Both the position numbers and the translations under genes were made by a program. The notes below the pieces were generated by a model that worked only from the letters and a program-made list of their open reading frames with translations, made no database searches and was not told where the DNA came from. A stretch of DNA of 64,000 nt from Obrimoposthia wandeli (Eukaryota): the NCBI GenBank assembly GCA_977020255.1, contig CDROCS010000506.1:1364001-1428000 (forward strand). Reading direction: 5' to 3'. Shown here piece by piece: positions 12,318 through 22,505 of the stretch. How positions within the stretch are numbered: the first letter of the stretch is position 1; every line of letters begins with the position of its first letter.

Positions 12318-13381
12318 ATTCGCGTCTTCTTTTTATATATTAACTTTTCACTTAGTGCTGTACCACATTGAATATTTTTAACGGCAGTACTACCAATTAC
12401 CTGCTCATAATATTTAGGAGCCAAGCCAAACCCAGGTCGAATGCTTCGTACATTATCCGCAGTAAATAATTCCCCTTCAGCAATGTCTTTTACCACGTAA
12501 AGAGAACGTCTGAACTTCACATTACCTTTTTCTGCATCTGTGCGTTCATAGTTAACCTTACCTAACGCTTGCCATGCGGTTTTACTGTCTTGACACAATT
12601 GCGCTAACTCTTTCGGCTCTAATGAAAACGTATCATCAACACCACCACCAGTTCTGTCTAATGTTACATGTTTTTCAATTAAACACGCACCAAGTACAAC
12701 CGATGCAACAGCAGTCGCATTATCAATAGTGTGGTCAGAAAGCCCTGACAATACATTGAATCGTGAAGATATGTCAGCTATCGTTCTTAAGTTATATTGG
12801 TCTGCTGGTGCCGGATAGCCACTTACGCAATGCAATACAACTAACTCTTTGCAACCATGCTTATAGGCTGTGTCAATAGCTTCTTGTATCTCTTCTTCAT
12901 TCGCCATGCCCGTCGACATAATCATCGGTTTACCCGTTTGTGCAACACGCGTAATTAAGGCTAAGTCAACCAGTTCAAATGAGGCTATTTTATACGCAGG
13001 GACATCTAATTTTTCAAGTAAATCAACAGCTGTAAAGTCAAATGGAGAACTAAATATCGTTATATCTAATTCTTTTGCCTTCTCAAATAAAGGTTTATGC
13101 CACTCCCATGGCATATGTGCGCCTTTATATAACTCATAAAGCGTTTGTCCATCCCATAGACCTCCTTTAATTTGGAAGTCTTGTTTATCGCAGTCAATTG
13201 TCAACGTATCATGAGTATACGTTTGTAATTTAATTGCATCCGCACCCGCCTTTTTAGCCTCCTCCATAATTTTAAAAGCGCGATTAATATCACCATTATG
13301 ATTAGCTGAAAGCTCTGCAATAATATACGGAGGGAAGTCTGGACCAATTTTACGGTCATTAATTGTAATATATGAATTCAT
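12314..13381 (-). CDS. pseI: Pseudaminic acid synthase (NeuB family)
   Basis: PYIIAELSANHNG, DAIKLQTY, KIASFE, GLSDHT, IEKH and C-terminal SAF domain (FRRSLYVV...RSIRPGFGL). Start set at ATG 13381, which overlaps the upstream TAA. Confidence 0.93.
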   Translation of the reverse strand: MNSYITINDRKIGPDFPPYIIAELSANHNGDINRAFKIMEEAKKAGADAIKLQTYTHDTLTIDCDKQDFQIKGGLWDGQTLYELYKGAHMPWEWHKPLFEKAKELDITIFSSPFDFTAVDLLEKLDVPAYKIASFELVDLALITRVAQTGKPMIMSTGMANEEEIQEAIDTAYKHGCKELVVLHCVSGYPAPADQYNLRTIADISSRFNVLSGLSDHTIDNATAVASVVLGACLIEKHVTLDRTGGGVDDTFSLEPKELAQLCQDSKTAWQALGKVNYERTDAEKGNVKFRRSLYVVKDIAEGELFTADNVRSIRPGFGLAPKYYEQVIGSTAVKNIQCGTALSEKLIYKKKTRI

Positions 13382-14028
13382 TATTCTTCTCTTGTTACTG
13401 TCACTGTATATTTTTTTCCATCTTGATAAAAATACGCAGGGAATCGATTTGGATCGCATACTCGAATCAAATTAAACTGTGATGCAATTGTACATGCAGG
13501 ATCTAATTCACTGTCTTCAGGTTTGCGCTGGCGATGATAAGGTGTTTTTTTATCTGTTATTTCTTGTGGCAATGCTTTGGTATTATCAATGTGTTCACAC
13601 GCCCAAGATATTAACGCGAGTTCAGCATTAAATAATAAATCATTAATCTCGTCATAGAGCTCAGAGCCAGTTAACGGTATTTTCTTTTTCTGCCAAACAT
13701 CACCCGTATCAACGCTGTCTTCAGCATTCAATAACGACAGTGTCAGCTCATTACGACCATTGACAATATCCCAAATATGGGGGCTCCAACCGCGTCCTTC
13801 AGGTAAATCACTCGCATGTAAAACCAACGTATAACGAAATTTAGCTCTATGCTCAGCTTTAATTATTTCTGAACACGAAATTAAGAATAAAATATCGCCG
13901 CTATTTTTCACTTCGCTGATACGGTTAATAAGCTCTATGTCATATATGCTATGATTCTCGTCAATCCAACGAGAAAGATAGTGATAAACAGGATGAGATG
14001 GATTCGAACATAAAAGTGTTATTTTCAT
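13381..14028 (-). CDS. Sugar N-formyltransferase (Fmt-like)
   Basis: LHASDLPEGRGWSP and VDTGD formyltransferase motifs, C-terminal LIRVCDPNRFPAYF; located between pseG and pseI. Confidence 0.85.
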   Translation of the reverse strand: MKITLLCSNPSHPVYHYLSRWIDENHSIYDIELINRISEVKNSGDILFLISCSEIIKAEHRAKFRYTLVLHASDLPEGRGWSPHIWDIVNGRNELTLSLLNAEDSVDTGDVWQKKKIPLTGSELYDEINDLLFNAELALISWACEHIDNTKALPQEITDKKTPYHRQRKPEDSELDPACTIASQFNLIRVCDPNRFPAYFYQDGKKYTVTVTREE

Positions 14029-14050
14029 TAAATTTTCATCATTTAATTAA

Positions 14051-15130
14051 TCATTGACATAGCTGCTCGATACGCTGAACAACACGCTTTGAACCCAAAC
14101 CATCACAGAGACTAAGGTTTACTTGCTTATACTCATCCCAACGTTCTAAAATACAATGATACGCAGGTAATAAGGTATTATTTAAATCGTTTAATTCGAC
14201 ACGTAATACCGCACCAACAGACTCTAATACAGCACATATTTGTTGTTGATTATCAGCCAAAGGGACTACGATTGAAGGTAACCCTAAACAAGCTCTCTCC
14301 CAAGAAGTTGAACCCGGCGCGCCAATCGATAAATCATGTTCGAGCATAAGCTCCGCCATCGTATGTGTAAACTCAATATGAGTGACCCAATCCTCTCGGC
14401 TCTGGCAAAATGCTTTCATTTTTTCGTAATGAGGAGAGCGCGTACTCAATAATACTGTTACTGATGGTTTCGATGGTAAACCCTCAAGACAGTGTAAAAC
14501 CTGTAAACTGGCGTTGGGGATATCAATGCCCCCCATACTAATTAACACCTTTGGCTTTTCAACATTTAGTTTTTTACCGGATGTTTGCGGCCTTAATTCA
14601 GCAAAACGTGGGGCTAATAGTGCAAATTGACAACCTGTTAACCGACGTTCAACTAGTGCAGTATTTTTAACGGTTAAAGTATACTCTGACGCTTCACGCG
14701 AAAAAGTTTGATCCAAAATAATATCAGCATGATGAACTCGAACGAGATCATCAATGGCCATAATATCGCACTGTAGTCGAGATTTAACTTGCTGCTCCCA
14801 TTGCTTATTGATCCCATAGTGGTCAATAATCATGAGGTCTACATTATCAATTAATTCAATGGTTTTTTCAGCATCTTCCTGTTCACTAACTTGTAACCAG
14901 GCTTTATAATCAGCGCTGTTTCTTGGTATCAAAGGAGATGAAGGTGATTGAAGTTTCATCACCTTAAATGACTGTTGAGAAATAAAGTCAGCCATATCAC
15001 CTTGCTGCTCTCGGCTAATAAAGCAGACATCATGTCCATTTTCTTTCAATGCTTTTGCTAAGACTAAGCACCGCATCACGTGGCCACTGCCAATATGAAT
15101 CGATGCATCAGCGCGAATAACGACTTTCAT
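14051..15130 (-). CDS. pseG: UDP-2,4-diacylamino-trideoxy-altropyranose hydrolase
   Basis: RADASIHIGSGHVMRCL, IIDHY, IDDL, ISMGG, GSTSWERACLGLP. Start set at ATG 15130. Confidence 0.92.
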   Translation of the reverse strand: MKVVIRADASIHIGSGHVMRCLVLAKALKENGHDVCFISREQQGDMADFISQQSFKVMKLQSPSSPLIPRNSADYKAWLQVSEQEDAEKTIELIDNVDLMIIDHYGINKQWEQQVKSRLQCDIMAIDDLVRVHHADIILDQTFSREASEYTLTVKNTALVERRLTGCQFALLAPRFAELRPQTSGKKLNVEKPKVLISMGGIDIPNASLQVLHCLEGLPSKPSVTVLLSTRSPHYEKMKAFCQSREDWVTHIEFTHTMAELMLEHDLSIGAPGSTSWERACLGLPSIVVPLADNQQQICAVLESVGAVLRVELNDLNNTLLPAYHCILERWDEYKQVNLSLCDGLGSKRVVQRIEQLCQ

Positions 15131-15918
15131 TACCAAGCTATCCACCCCCCATCCACATTTATATTTGTTCCATTTACAAATGAACTAGCTTGGCTTGCGA
15201 GAAATACAATAGGTCCTTTAATTTCTTCAGCTTTACCTACCCTACCCATTGGAACTTTATTTCCCAATAAAGTACTGAAAGCCAAGTTATTAGACTCAGA
15301 GTTCGGAAAAGGTCCTGGCGAAATAGCATTAAAACGAATACCTTGTTGGCCAAATTCACATGCACCATATTTAGTCCATTGGATAAGGGCCGCTTTTGCA
15401 GCACCGTAAAAGGGAGGATTAGAGCCTTCAGCACTTGCATACATATTCAAATCAGGACTAACACATCCATACATCGAAGCTATATTAATAATTGATGCAT
15501 AACCTTTATCTTGAACTGATTTTTTTAATAAAGATAAACAACATTGAAAGAGACTATTTGCAGATCTGACCGTAATATCATATGACAACATGAAATCTTC
15601 ATTATTTGAAGACTCAATAGTCCCACCTTTACCGTAATAAGCATTATTAACAATAACGTTCAAAGAACCTTCATAATTAGATAAAAATAATTTAATTTGC
15701 TCATCTTTCGTTACATCAAAATGTGCAGCTTTCGCATCATAGCCCAAATGCTGTAGATCAGAAACGAATGCATCTATATTATCTTTAGATCTTGAGTTAA
15801 CTAAAACTGTCGCGCCAGCTTCCCCTAGTCCTATACACATCTGTTTACCTAAATACCCAGTAGCCCCAGTGACTAACACTGACATACCAGCCATATCAAA
15901 TATTTTATTTTTCATCAT
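15130..15918 (-). CDS. SDR-family oxidoreductase (PtmA-like)
   Basis: VTGATGYLG, VNNAY, SMYG, YGAAK catalytic motif, VDGGW terminus. Confidence 0.9.
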   Translation of the reverse strand: MMKNKIFDMAGMSVLVTGATGYLGKQMCIGLGEAGATVLVNSRSKDNIDAFVSDLQHLGYDAKAAHFDVTKDEQIKLFLSNYEGSLNVIVNNAYYGKGGTIESSNNEDFMLSYDITVRSANSLFQCCLSLLKKSVQDKGYASIINIASMYGCVSPDLNMYASAEGSNPPFYGAAKAALIQWTKYGACEFGQQGIRFNAISPGPFPNSESNNLAFSTLLGNKVPMGRVGKAEEIKGPIVFLASQASSFVNGTNINVDGGWIAW

Positions 15919-17538
15919 TTATGACCACAAAGCAGGGTTAAGTAATCTATTATCAATTATATCTGGACGGTCGCTATCAATAACGTTTAATTCAGCCTCA
16001 GTAAATACATCAATTTTAATATCAATAATATTGTCTTTTAATTGACTGATATTTTCAGTTCCTAAAACTAGAGCGTCAACCCAAGATTTTGATTTAACGT
16101 ATTTAATTGCTAAAACTCTTATGTTTTCACACTTATACCGAATGCATATATCATTTAACCATTTCAAAATTAACTCTGATTTATCCCCTGCAATATTTAG
16201 CCAGATAGCACGATTATCAGTTAATAACAAACCTTGTAAAAATACACTTCTTACATGAATGGTTAGTTCTCTTTCTTCTTTTATTTTAATAATTTTAGGG
16301 ATCAATTCAAACCAACGATTATCTAAAATATTAAACGGTAGCTGAATAAAAGATACATCTGTATTTTCAAGCGCTAAAACCAATTCATCTGGTGATTGTA
16401 CTGATACGCCTAATCGCTGGATAACACCTTCTGACTTTATAGATAAAAGCGATTTTAAGACTTCACCATTATGGCTAATAAGATGTTCGGCCCTATGAAG
16501 CATTAATACATCAAGAGTATCTAGACCTAAGTTATGACAAGATTCAAGTACCGAATGACGCACAGACAAATCGATGAGTTCACGACTTGAATCGCCAGTT
16601 AGATGATTAAGTGGAGCTAGTTTAGTAATTATTTTAACTCTATTTTTCCAGCCATTACTTAACCATCTCCCAATTACTTGTTCACTATTACCATAAGCTC
16701 GAGCTGTATCTAAATAAGAAACACCTGAATGTACAGCTTCCGATAACATATTATTTGCCTGAATTTGACTAGGTTTCCCTTCCTTGTTATTTATTCCGTA
16801 ATCAAGTCCTAGTTGAACACAACCTAAAACTAATTCTGAAACTTCAGATGATACAAATAAATTATCTGCTGCTAATTTTTCTATCAACTCATACGTCGAA
16901 ATGGATTCAGGATTATTAATTCTACCAAAAAGTGACGTCATACGCATATAGTCATCAAAGCTATCAATAGTACATCGCAACGCAGAAAATTGATTACTAG
17001 TAAAAGCTCGGTAATACGTATCCCCATAATTTCTACGAATATAAGGTGTCACATGTTCTTGGTCAAACTGACTATCTGTATTTGAGTTTGCTTCTCTTAG
17101 CTTATCTAGTGTCGTAACTTCTAATGAAACGCCATATGGTAATCCCGACATTTCGCCATTAGCACAAACATAAACTGCTTTTTTTTGAATGAAAAATTCT
17201 ATCACATCATGAATAAAATTAGCATCCGGAAAAATATTATCGGCCGTTAATCTGACGATAACAGTCTCATCGGGATAATTAGTAAAAGCTGATATAAAAC
17301 GAGACAACACATTATCAAGATCCCCACGAAAGAAAGGGATTTCATTTTCATCAAGGATTCTACATAAGTGGTCATCAGTATGTTCCGTTGATGTGAGAAC
17401 TTTTACGTCATAGTTACTATTTTTTTTTGCTCGTTTAGCAGCAAGTACGGCTAATGGGTAACCCCCAATCGGCATCAAAACTTTTCCGGGTAAACGCGAA
17501 GAGTTCGTTCGAGCTTGAATCGCTACAACTACATTCAT
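15919..17538 (-). CDS. pseF: CMP-nonulosonate synthetase (SpsF/PseF-like) fused to an aldo-keto reductase
   Basis: N-terminal IQARTNSSRLPGKVL...VRLTADN...EHVTPYI; C-terminal LVLGCVQLGLDYG, LDTARAYG, IITKL, LMLHR, RSVFLQGLL. Confidence 0.85.
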   Translation of the reverse strand: MNVVVAIQARTNSSRLPGKVLMPIGGYPLAVLAAKRAKKNSNYDVKVLTSTEHTDDHLCRILDENEIPFFRGDLDNVLSRFISAFTNYPDETVIVRLTADNIFPDANFIHDVIEFFIQKKAVYVCANGEMSGLPYGVSLEVTTLDKLREANSNTDSQFDQEHVTPYIRRNYGDTYYRAFTSNQFSALRCTIDSFDDYMRMTSLFGRINNPESISTYELIEKLAADNLFVSSEVSELVLGCVQLGLDYGINNKEGKPSQIQANNMLSEAVHSGVSYLDTARAYGNSEQVIGRWLSNGWKNRVKIITKLAPLNHLTGDSSRELIDLSVRHSVLESCHNLGLDTLDVLMLHRAEHLISHNGEVLKSLLSIKSEGVIQRLGVSVQSPDELVLALENTDVSFIQLPFNILDNRWFELIPKIIKIKEERELTIHVRSVFLQGLLLTDNRAIWLNIAGDKSELILKWLNDICIRYKCENIRVLAIKYVKSKSWVDALVLGTENISQLKDNIIDIKIDVFTEAELNVIDSDRPDIIDNRLLNPALWS

Positions 17539-18692
17539 AATAGAATACGTGTTAACACAGCAACGACTTCATCTTGCTGTTGTACCGTCATTATATGGAA
17601 CAATGGTAATGATATCGCTTCTTGATAATAATGCTCTGAAGCAGGAAAATCACCGTGTTTAAAACCCATGTTTTTATAGTAAGGCTGCAGATGTACAGGA
17701 ATATAATGCAGGTTAACGCCTATACCATTTTCGCGTAATGCATTAAATACTTGAGGATGCGTCAGGTTAATTTTATCAAGCTGTAAACGGATCACATATA
17801 AATGTAAACCCGAGTATGTGTTATCTAACTGGAAAGGGATAACAACAGGTAGCTGAGCCAATAACGCATTATAACGCTTTGCTAAACGATGACGTGCAGC
17901 AACAAACTCAGCCAATCTCTGCATTTGCGATACACCCAGTGCTGCTTGTAACTCTGTCATGCGATAGTTAAAGCCAAGTTCAACCTGCTGATAATACCAA
18001 GCACCATCAGATTCGCCTTGCATCAATGCTGGGTCACGGGTAATACCATGACTACGAAACAGCGCCATTTTTTCCGCTAGATGATCACTATTAGTCAGTG
18101 CTGCACCGCCTTCCGCAGTAGTAACGATCTTAACCGGGTGGAAACTAAATACCGTGATATCAGAATATTGCCCAGCGCCAATTGTTGACTCTAAATAACG
18201 ACCACCAATAGCATGAGACGCGTCTTCGATGATGCTAAAACCATACTCGAGCGATAACGCATAGATAGCTTTCATATTACAAGGCTGGCCGCACAAGTGC
18301 ACTGCTACCAATACTTTAGGCAATTGCTGTTTTGTTTTAGCAATAACTAATTTTTTTTCTAATTCTATCGGGCACAGGTTATACGTCTGTGGATTGATAT
18401 CGACAAAATCTACTTTCGCACCACAGTATAATCCGCAGTTAGCGGATGCGACAAAAGTAACAGGTGTAGTCCAAAGAATATCATCCAGACCTAACCCCAA
18501 TGCTAAGCAAGCAATATGTAATGCAGAGGTTGCACTATTTACTGCTAACGCATGTTTAGCGCCAGTAAAATCGGTTAATGACTTTTCAAACGCCGGAACC
18601 TGAGGACCTTGCGTTAAAAAATCTGACTGTAGAACATCCACAACAGCAGTAATATCTGCCTGCGTTATTTCTTGCTTACCATATGGGATCAT
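17535..18692 (-). CDS. pseC: PLP-dependent sugar aminotransferase (DegT/DnrJ family)
   Basis: MIPYGKQ, LTQGP, NSATSALH, EDASHA, SFHPVK. Confidence 0.93.
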   Translation of the reverse strand: MIPYGKQEITQADITAVVDVLQSDFLTQGPQVPAFEKSLTDFTGAKHALAVNSATSALHIACLALGLGLDDILWTTPVTFVASANCGLYCGAKVDFVDINPQTYNLCPIELEKKLVIAKTKQQLPKVLVAVHLCGQPCNMKAIYALSLEYGFSIIEDASHAIGGRYLESTIGAGQYSDITVFSFHPVKIVTTAEGGAALTNSDHLAEKMALFRSHGITRDPALMQGESDGAWYYQQVELGFNYRMTELQAALGVSQMQRLAEFVAARHRLAKRYNALLAQLPVVIPFQLDNTYSGLHLYVIRLQLDKINLTHPQVFNALRENGIGVNLHYIPVHLQPYYKNMGFKHGDFPASEHYYQEAISLPLFHIMTVQQQDEVVAVLTRILL

Positions 18693-18700
18693 AATTTTAG

Positions 18701-19714
18701 TTATACCTTAAAGTTTGCATCAACATGTTCAACAATTAAGTCTCGTAAGCCTTCAACCGTTTCCCATTCTGTGTTAGTACCAGAATTATATTTAAAACCA
18801 AACGGTACTTTTGTTGCTTTATGATGATCAATATAATCTTGTTCTTGGTATGTGAATGATACTGATGGCAAAATTGCGTAATACGGGCCTAGATCAATGG
18901 TATTTAAAGAATCCGTATCCGTGATCATTTCTTCATGCAACTTTTCACCAGGGCGAATACCAACAACGCGTTGTTTACATTCAGGCGCAATCGCTTCAGC
19001 AACATCTAAAATTTTGTATGACGGGATCTTAGGAATGAATATTTCACCACCAATATGATTACCGATTGCAAACATAACTAAATTAACACCATCTTGTAAT
19101 GAGATGTTAAAACGTGTCATTTCTTCATGGGTGATCGGTAATAAACCTTCTTCTTTTTTATCCATGAAGAATGGAATCACAGAGCCACGAGAGCCCATCA
19201 CATTACCGTAACGTACAACACTAAATTTAATGTCTTTAGAACCTCGGATGTTATTTGCTGCTGCGAACAATTTATCCGATGCTAATTTAGTTGCGCCATA
19301 TAAATTAATCGGTGCACAGGCTTTATCAGTTGACAGTGCTACAACATCTTTAACTCCACAAGCCAGTGCGGCGTGAATTACATTTTCAGCGCCATCAATG
19401 TTTGTACGAATACATTCAGTTGGGTTATATTCAGCCGTATCAACTTGTTTAATTGCGGCAGCATGGATAATTACATCTACACCTTCACAGGCTTGCGTTA
19501 AACGATATTTATCGCGTACATCACCAATAAAAAAACGTAATTGTGGATAATCATACGCAGGATATTTTTGTTTAATCACGGATTGTTTTAATTCATCACG
19601 AGAGTAAATAATTATTTTTTTTACATCTGGATAACGATTTAAGATTGTTTCGATAAATTGCTTACCGAATGAACCAGTGCCACCAGTAATAAGTACTGTT
19701 TTGTTATTTAACAT
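18701..19714 (-). CDS. pseB: UDP-GlcNAc 4,6-dehydratase (inverting)
   Basis: ITGGTGSFG, YSRDELKQ, LSTDKAC, YGATKLASDK, RYGNV, RPGEKLHE. Confidence 0.95.
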   Translation of the reverse strand: MLNNKTVLITGGTGSFGKQFIETILNRYPDVKKIIIYSRDELKQSVIKQKYPAYDYPQLRFFIGDVRDKYRLTQACEGVDVIIHAAAIKQVDTAEYNPTECIRTNIDGAENVIHAALACGVKDVVALSTDKACAPINLYGATKLASDKLFAAANNIRGSKDIKFSVVRYGNVMGSRGSVIPFFMDKKEEGLLPITHEEMTRFNISLQDGVNLVMFAIGNHIGGEIFIPKIPSYKILDVAEAIAPECKQRVVGIRPGEKLHEEMITDTDSLNTIDLGPYYAILPSVSFTYQEQDYIDHHKATKVPFGFKYNSGTNTEWETVEGLRDLIVEHVDANFKV

Positions 19715-19786
19715 ATATTATCCATTTATTTATTATGTATTGTGAAGTGATCATGTTTTAAAATTGCATAGACCCAAAAGATAAAT

Positions 19787-21973
19787 CTAAGACTTATCAC
19801 TCTCGTAGCTATAATTATAATAACCATACCCATAAGACGCACTAGCCTTCTTCTCAACCGCATTCAGAATAAAGCCTTTTACTTCAACCCCTGCCATTTC
19901 AAAGCGATGACGTGCAACTTCAATTTCTTTCACTGTATTTTGGCCAAAGCGACCAACCATCAAGGTTGTTCCCGCAAGCGTACCTATAATACTTGGATCT
20001 GTCACTGCAAGTACAGGCGGCGTATCAATTAGCACTAGGTCATATTGACTTGATGCCCATTCAACAAAATCAGCAAAGCGCGGATGCATTAATAATTCTG
20101 AAGGGTTTGGGGGGATTTGACCACGCGTAATAACATCTAGATTTTCAATACCTGATTTTTTAATTACATCTTTAGTTTCTAACTTGCCAGAAAGTATTTC
20201 TGACAAACCGCGGTCCCATTCAAGATTGAAGTGTCGTTGTAAATAACCTTTACGCATATCACCATCAACAATCAGTACTTTTTGACCTGTTTTCGCAATA
20301 ACTGCCGCGAAGTTAACAGATACAAATGATTTACCAATACTAGGTGCTGGTCCAGAGATCATTACCACATTATTCTTCGCTTCCATCATAGCAAAGTGCA
20401 TGCTGGTGCGTAGACCACGTAATGCTTCAATTGATAGATCCGCAGGATTTGATTCTGCTAATAATGTTTCATGCAATTCAAGTTTTTTCTTACGCTTATT
20501 TTGTTTAAGCTTGGAATCCATCTCAGCCTGCCAATCAGACATTGGGATGCTTGCATAAACAGGCAAACCTAATGCTTCAATTTCATCTGGGTTTTCAACG
20601 CCTTTATGTAACGCCGCACGTACTAGCACAACTGCAACTGAGAGCATTGCACCTAATAATGTCACGACGACCACAATCAGTGATTTCTTCGGTTTAACGG
20701 CTTGATTATAAGCTTGTGCTGAATCTAAGATACGTACATTACCAACAGTACCAGCTTTCAAAATACTTAGCTCTTGAACCTTATTCAGCAGTTGAATATA
20801 AATCTGCTGATTAACTTCGACATCACGAGTCATACGCAGTACCGCACGTTGTGTTTTAGGTAGTTTTTGCACTTGTTTATTTAAACGTTCTTTTTCACCG
20901 AATAATACCTGACGTTTATCTAATAATGATTTGTAAGCAGGATGGTCTTTGGTGAATTTTTGGCTAATATCACTTTCTTTAAAAGTTAATTGATTTAACT
21001 GTGCTTCTAACGCAACCATTACTTTCAAGGTCGATTGCGCTTCTAAACCCAAATCGATCGAATCATTATCTTGACGAAAACGATTAAGGATGTCTTCGGC
21101 TGCAGTTAGCTCAGCCTTAATATTTGGTAAATGTCCTTGTAAAAACGCTAAACTTTTTTCTGCTTCTGCAGAGTTACGCTCTACATTTTGTAAAAAATAA
21201 TTTTGGCTCACATTATTCAAGATATTTTGAATTAAAACTTTATCTTCACCACTGAATGACAATTCCAAAATGCCAGTTTGCATACCGCGTTCACTCACCG
21301 ATAAACCAGCTTGTAACCATTGTATAGCATTGAATGAAGAGCGTTTCACAACAGAGAATTCATCCGACGTTTTACCCACTAATGCCTGTACAAATAAACG
21401 GTAACCATTGCTTTGAGCTAATTCACCTGTAACACCCGATAATACTTTACGCTCATCACCATCATATAATGAATAAGCACCTTTACTCGCATCATCAATA
21501 ATTAAACTAAATACAGGTGATGCATAACTTGGCATTTCAAAACGGCTAATAGTAATGTCATTTTTTTGGCCGCTCATACGTGCTAAACCTTTACCTATAT
21601 AAGGTAGATATTTAGGTGTAGCTAGCGTGGTTAAATTTAACTTTTCAACCGTTTGACTTAAGATCATCCGTGATTTAATGATCTCAACTTCGGTCGTTGC
21701 CGAAGACTCACTTGAAAACATATCCCCCATGTCACCAACAAGCGCTGACATACCCCTGTTTTTTTGTTCAACTTGAATTAACGCATCGGCTTTATATACT
21801 GGCGTTGCCAATAGCGCATAGCTAACACCAATTACCGCAAAGATAAAAGTAACGGCAATAATGCTCCAACGTGCATCGAGTAATATACCGAATAGTTTAC
21901 TTAAATCGATTTCGTCAGCGTCGCCGTTTGACTGCTGTGGTTTATCCGTTTGACTAAGAGTATTACTGCTCAT
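19787..21973 (-). CDS. wzc: BY-kinase / chain-length regulator
   Basis: Two TM segments, Walker A GPAPSIGKS, IDTPP, C-terminal YGYGYYNYSY tyrosine cluster. Confidence 0.96.
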   Translation of the reverse strand: MSSNTLSQTDKPQQSNGDADEIDLSKLFGILLDARWSIIAVTFIFAVIGVSYALLATPVYKADALIQVEQKNRGMSALVGDMGDMFSSESSATTEVEIIKSRMILSQTVEKLNLTTLATPKYLPYIGKGLARMSGQKNDITISRFEMPSYASPVFSLIIDDASKGAYSLYDGDERKVLSGVTGELAQSNGYRLFVQALVGKTSDEFSVVKRSSFNAIQWLQAGLSVSERGMQTGILELSFSGEDKVLIQNILNNVSQNYFLQNVERNSAEAEKSLAFLQGHLPNIKAELTAAEDILNRFRQDNDSIDLGLEAQSTLKVMVALEAQLNQLTFKESDISQKFTKDHPAYKSLLDKRQVLFGEKERLNKQVQKLPKTQRAVLRMTRDVEVNQQIYIQLLNKVQELSILKAGTVGNVRILDSAQAYNQAVKPKKSLIVVVVTLLGAMLSVAVVLVRAALHKGVENPDEIEALGLPVYASIPMSDWQAEMDSKLKQNKRKKKLELHETLLAESNPADLSIEALRGLRTSMHFAMMEAKNNVVMISGPAPSIGKSFVSVNFAAVIAKTGQKVLIVDGDMRKGYLQRHFNLEWDRGLSEILSGKLETKDVIKKSGIENLDVITRGQIPPNPSELLMHPRFADFVEWASSQYDLVLIDTPPVLAVTDPSIIGTLAGTTLMVGRFGQNTVKEIEVARHRFEMAGVEVKGFILNAVEKKASASYGYGYYNYSYESDKS

Positions 21974-22073
21974 AATTATTATCTAATTCCAATATTTAAA
22001 TTTAGCTAGTGTCTATTTACCCAGCTGCTTTAGCTTAGCTCTATCAACTTAACTTCTATTAACCTAATTGTTC

Positions 22074-22505
22074 TTAGCTTAACTTCAGCGCCCAAGTCTT
22101 TGCAGAAGCTTCAATGAGTTTGTAAGCATGATCGAACGCTTCTTTACTTTGGCGATACGGATCAGGAATATCTTGTTTTTGTAACCATTGGCTAAACAAC
22201 ATGGTTTTACCACGTGCTTCAGGGGCTATGTTAGTCACCGCATTGATATGACCTTGTTCCATCACTAAAATCAAATCAAACTCACGACATAATGCAGACG
22301 TTAATTGACGACCTTGATGGCCAATCAAACTAATGCCATTTTCTTCCGCTACCTGACAAGCCAGTTTATCCGCAGGCTTACCGACAAGTGCGCCAACACC
22401 AGCAGATTCAACATTTTTATTTGGCAATAACGATTTAAGTAAATACTCGCCAGATGGTGAGCGGCAAATATTCCCCACACACACAACTAAAATATTATTA
22501 AACAT
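22074..22505 (-). CDS. wzb: Low-molecular-weight protein tyrosine phosphatase
   Basis: CVGNICRS P-loop and IPDPY; ATG at 22505 overlaps the wza stop. Confidence 0.96.
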   Translation of the reverse strand: MFNNILVVCVGNICRSPSGEYLLKSLLPNKNVESAGVGALVGKPADKLACQVAEENGISLIGHQGRQLTSALCREFDLILVMEQGHINAVTNIAPEARGKTMLFSQWLQKQDIPDPYRQSKEAFDHAYKLIEASAKTWALKLS

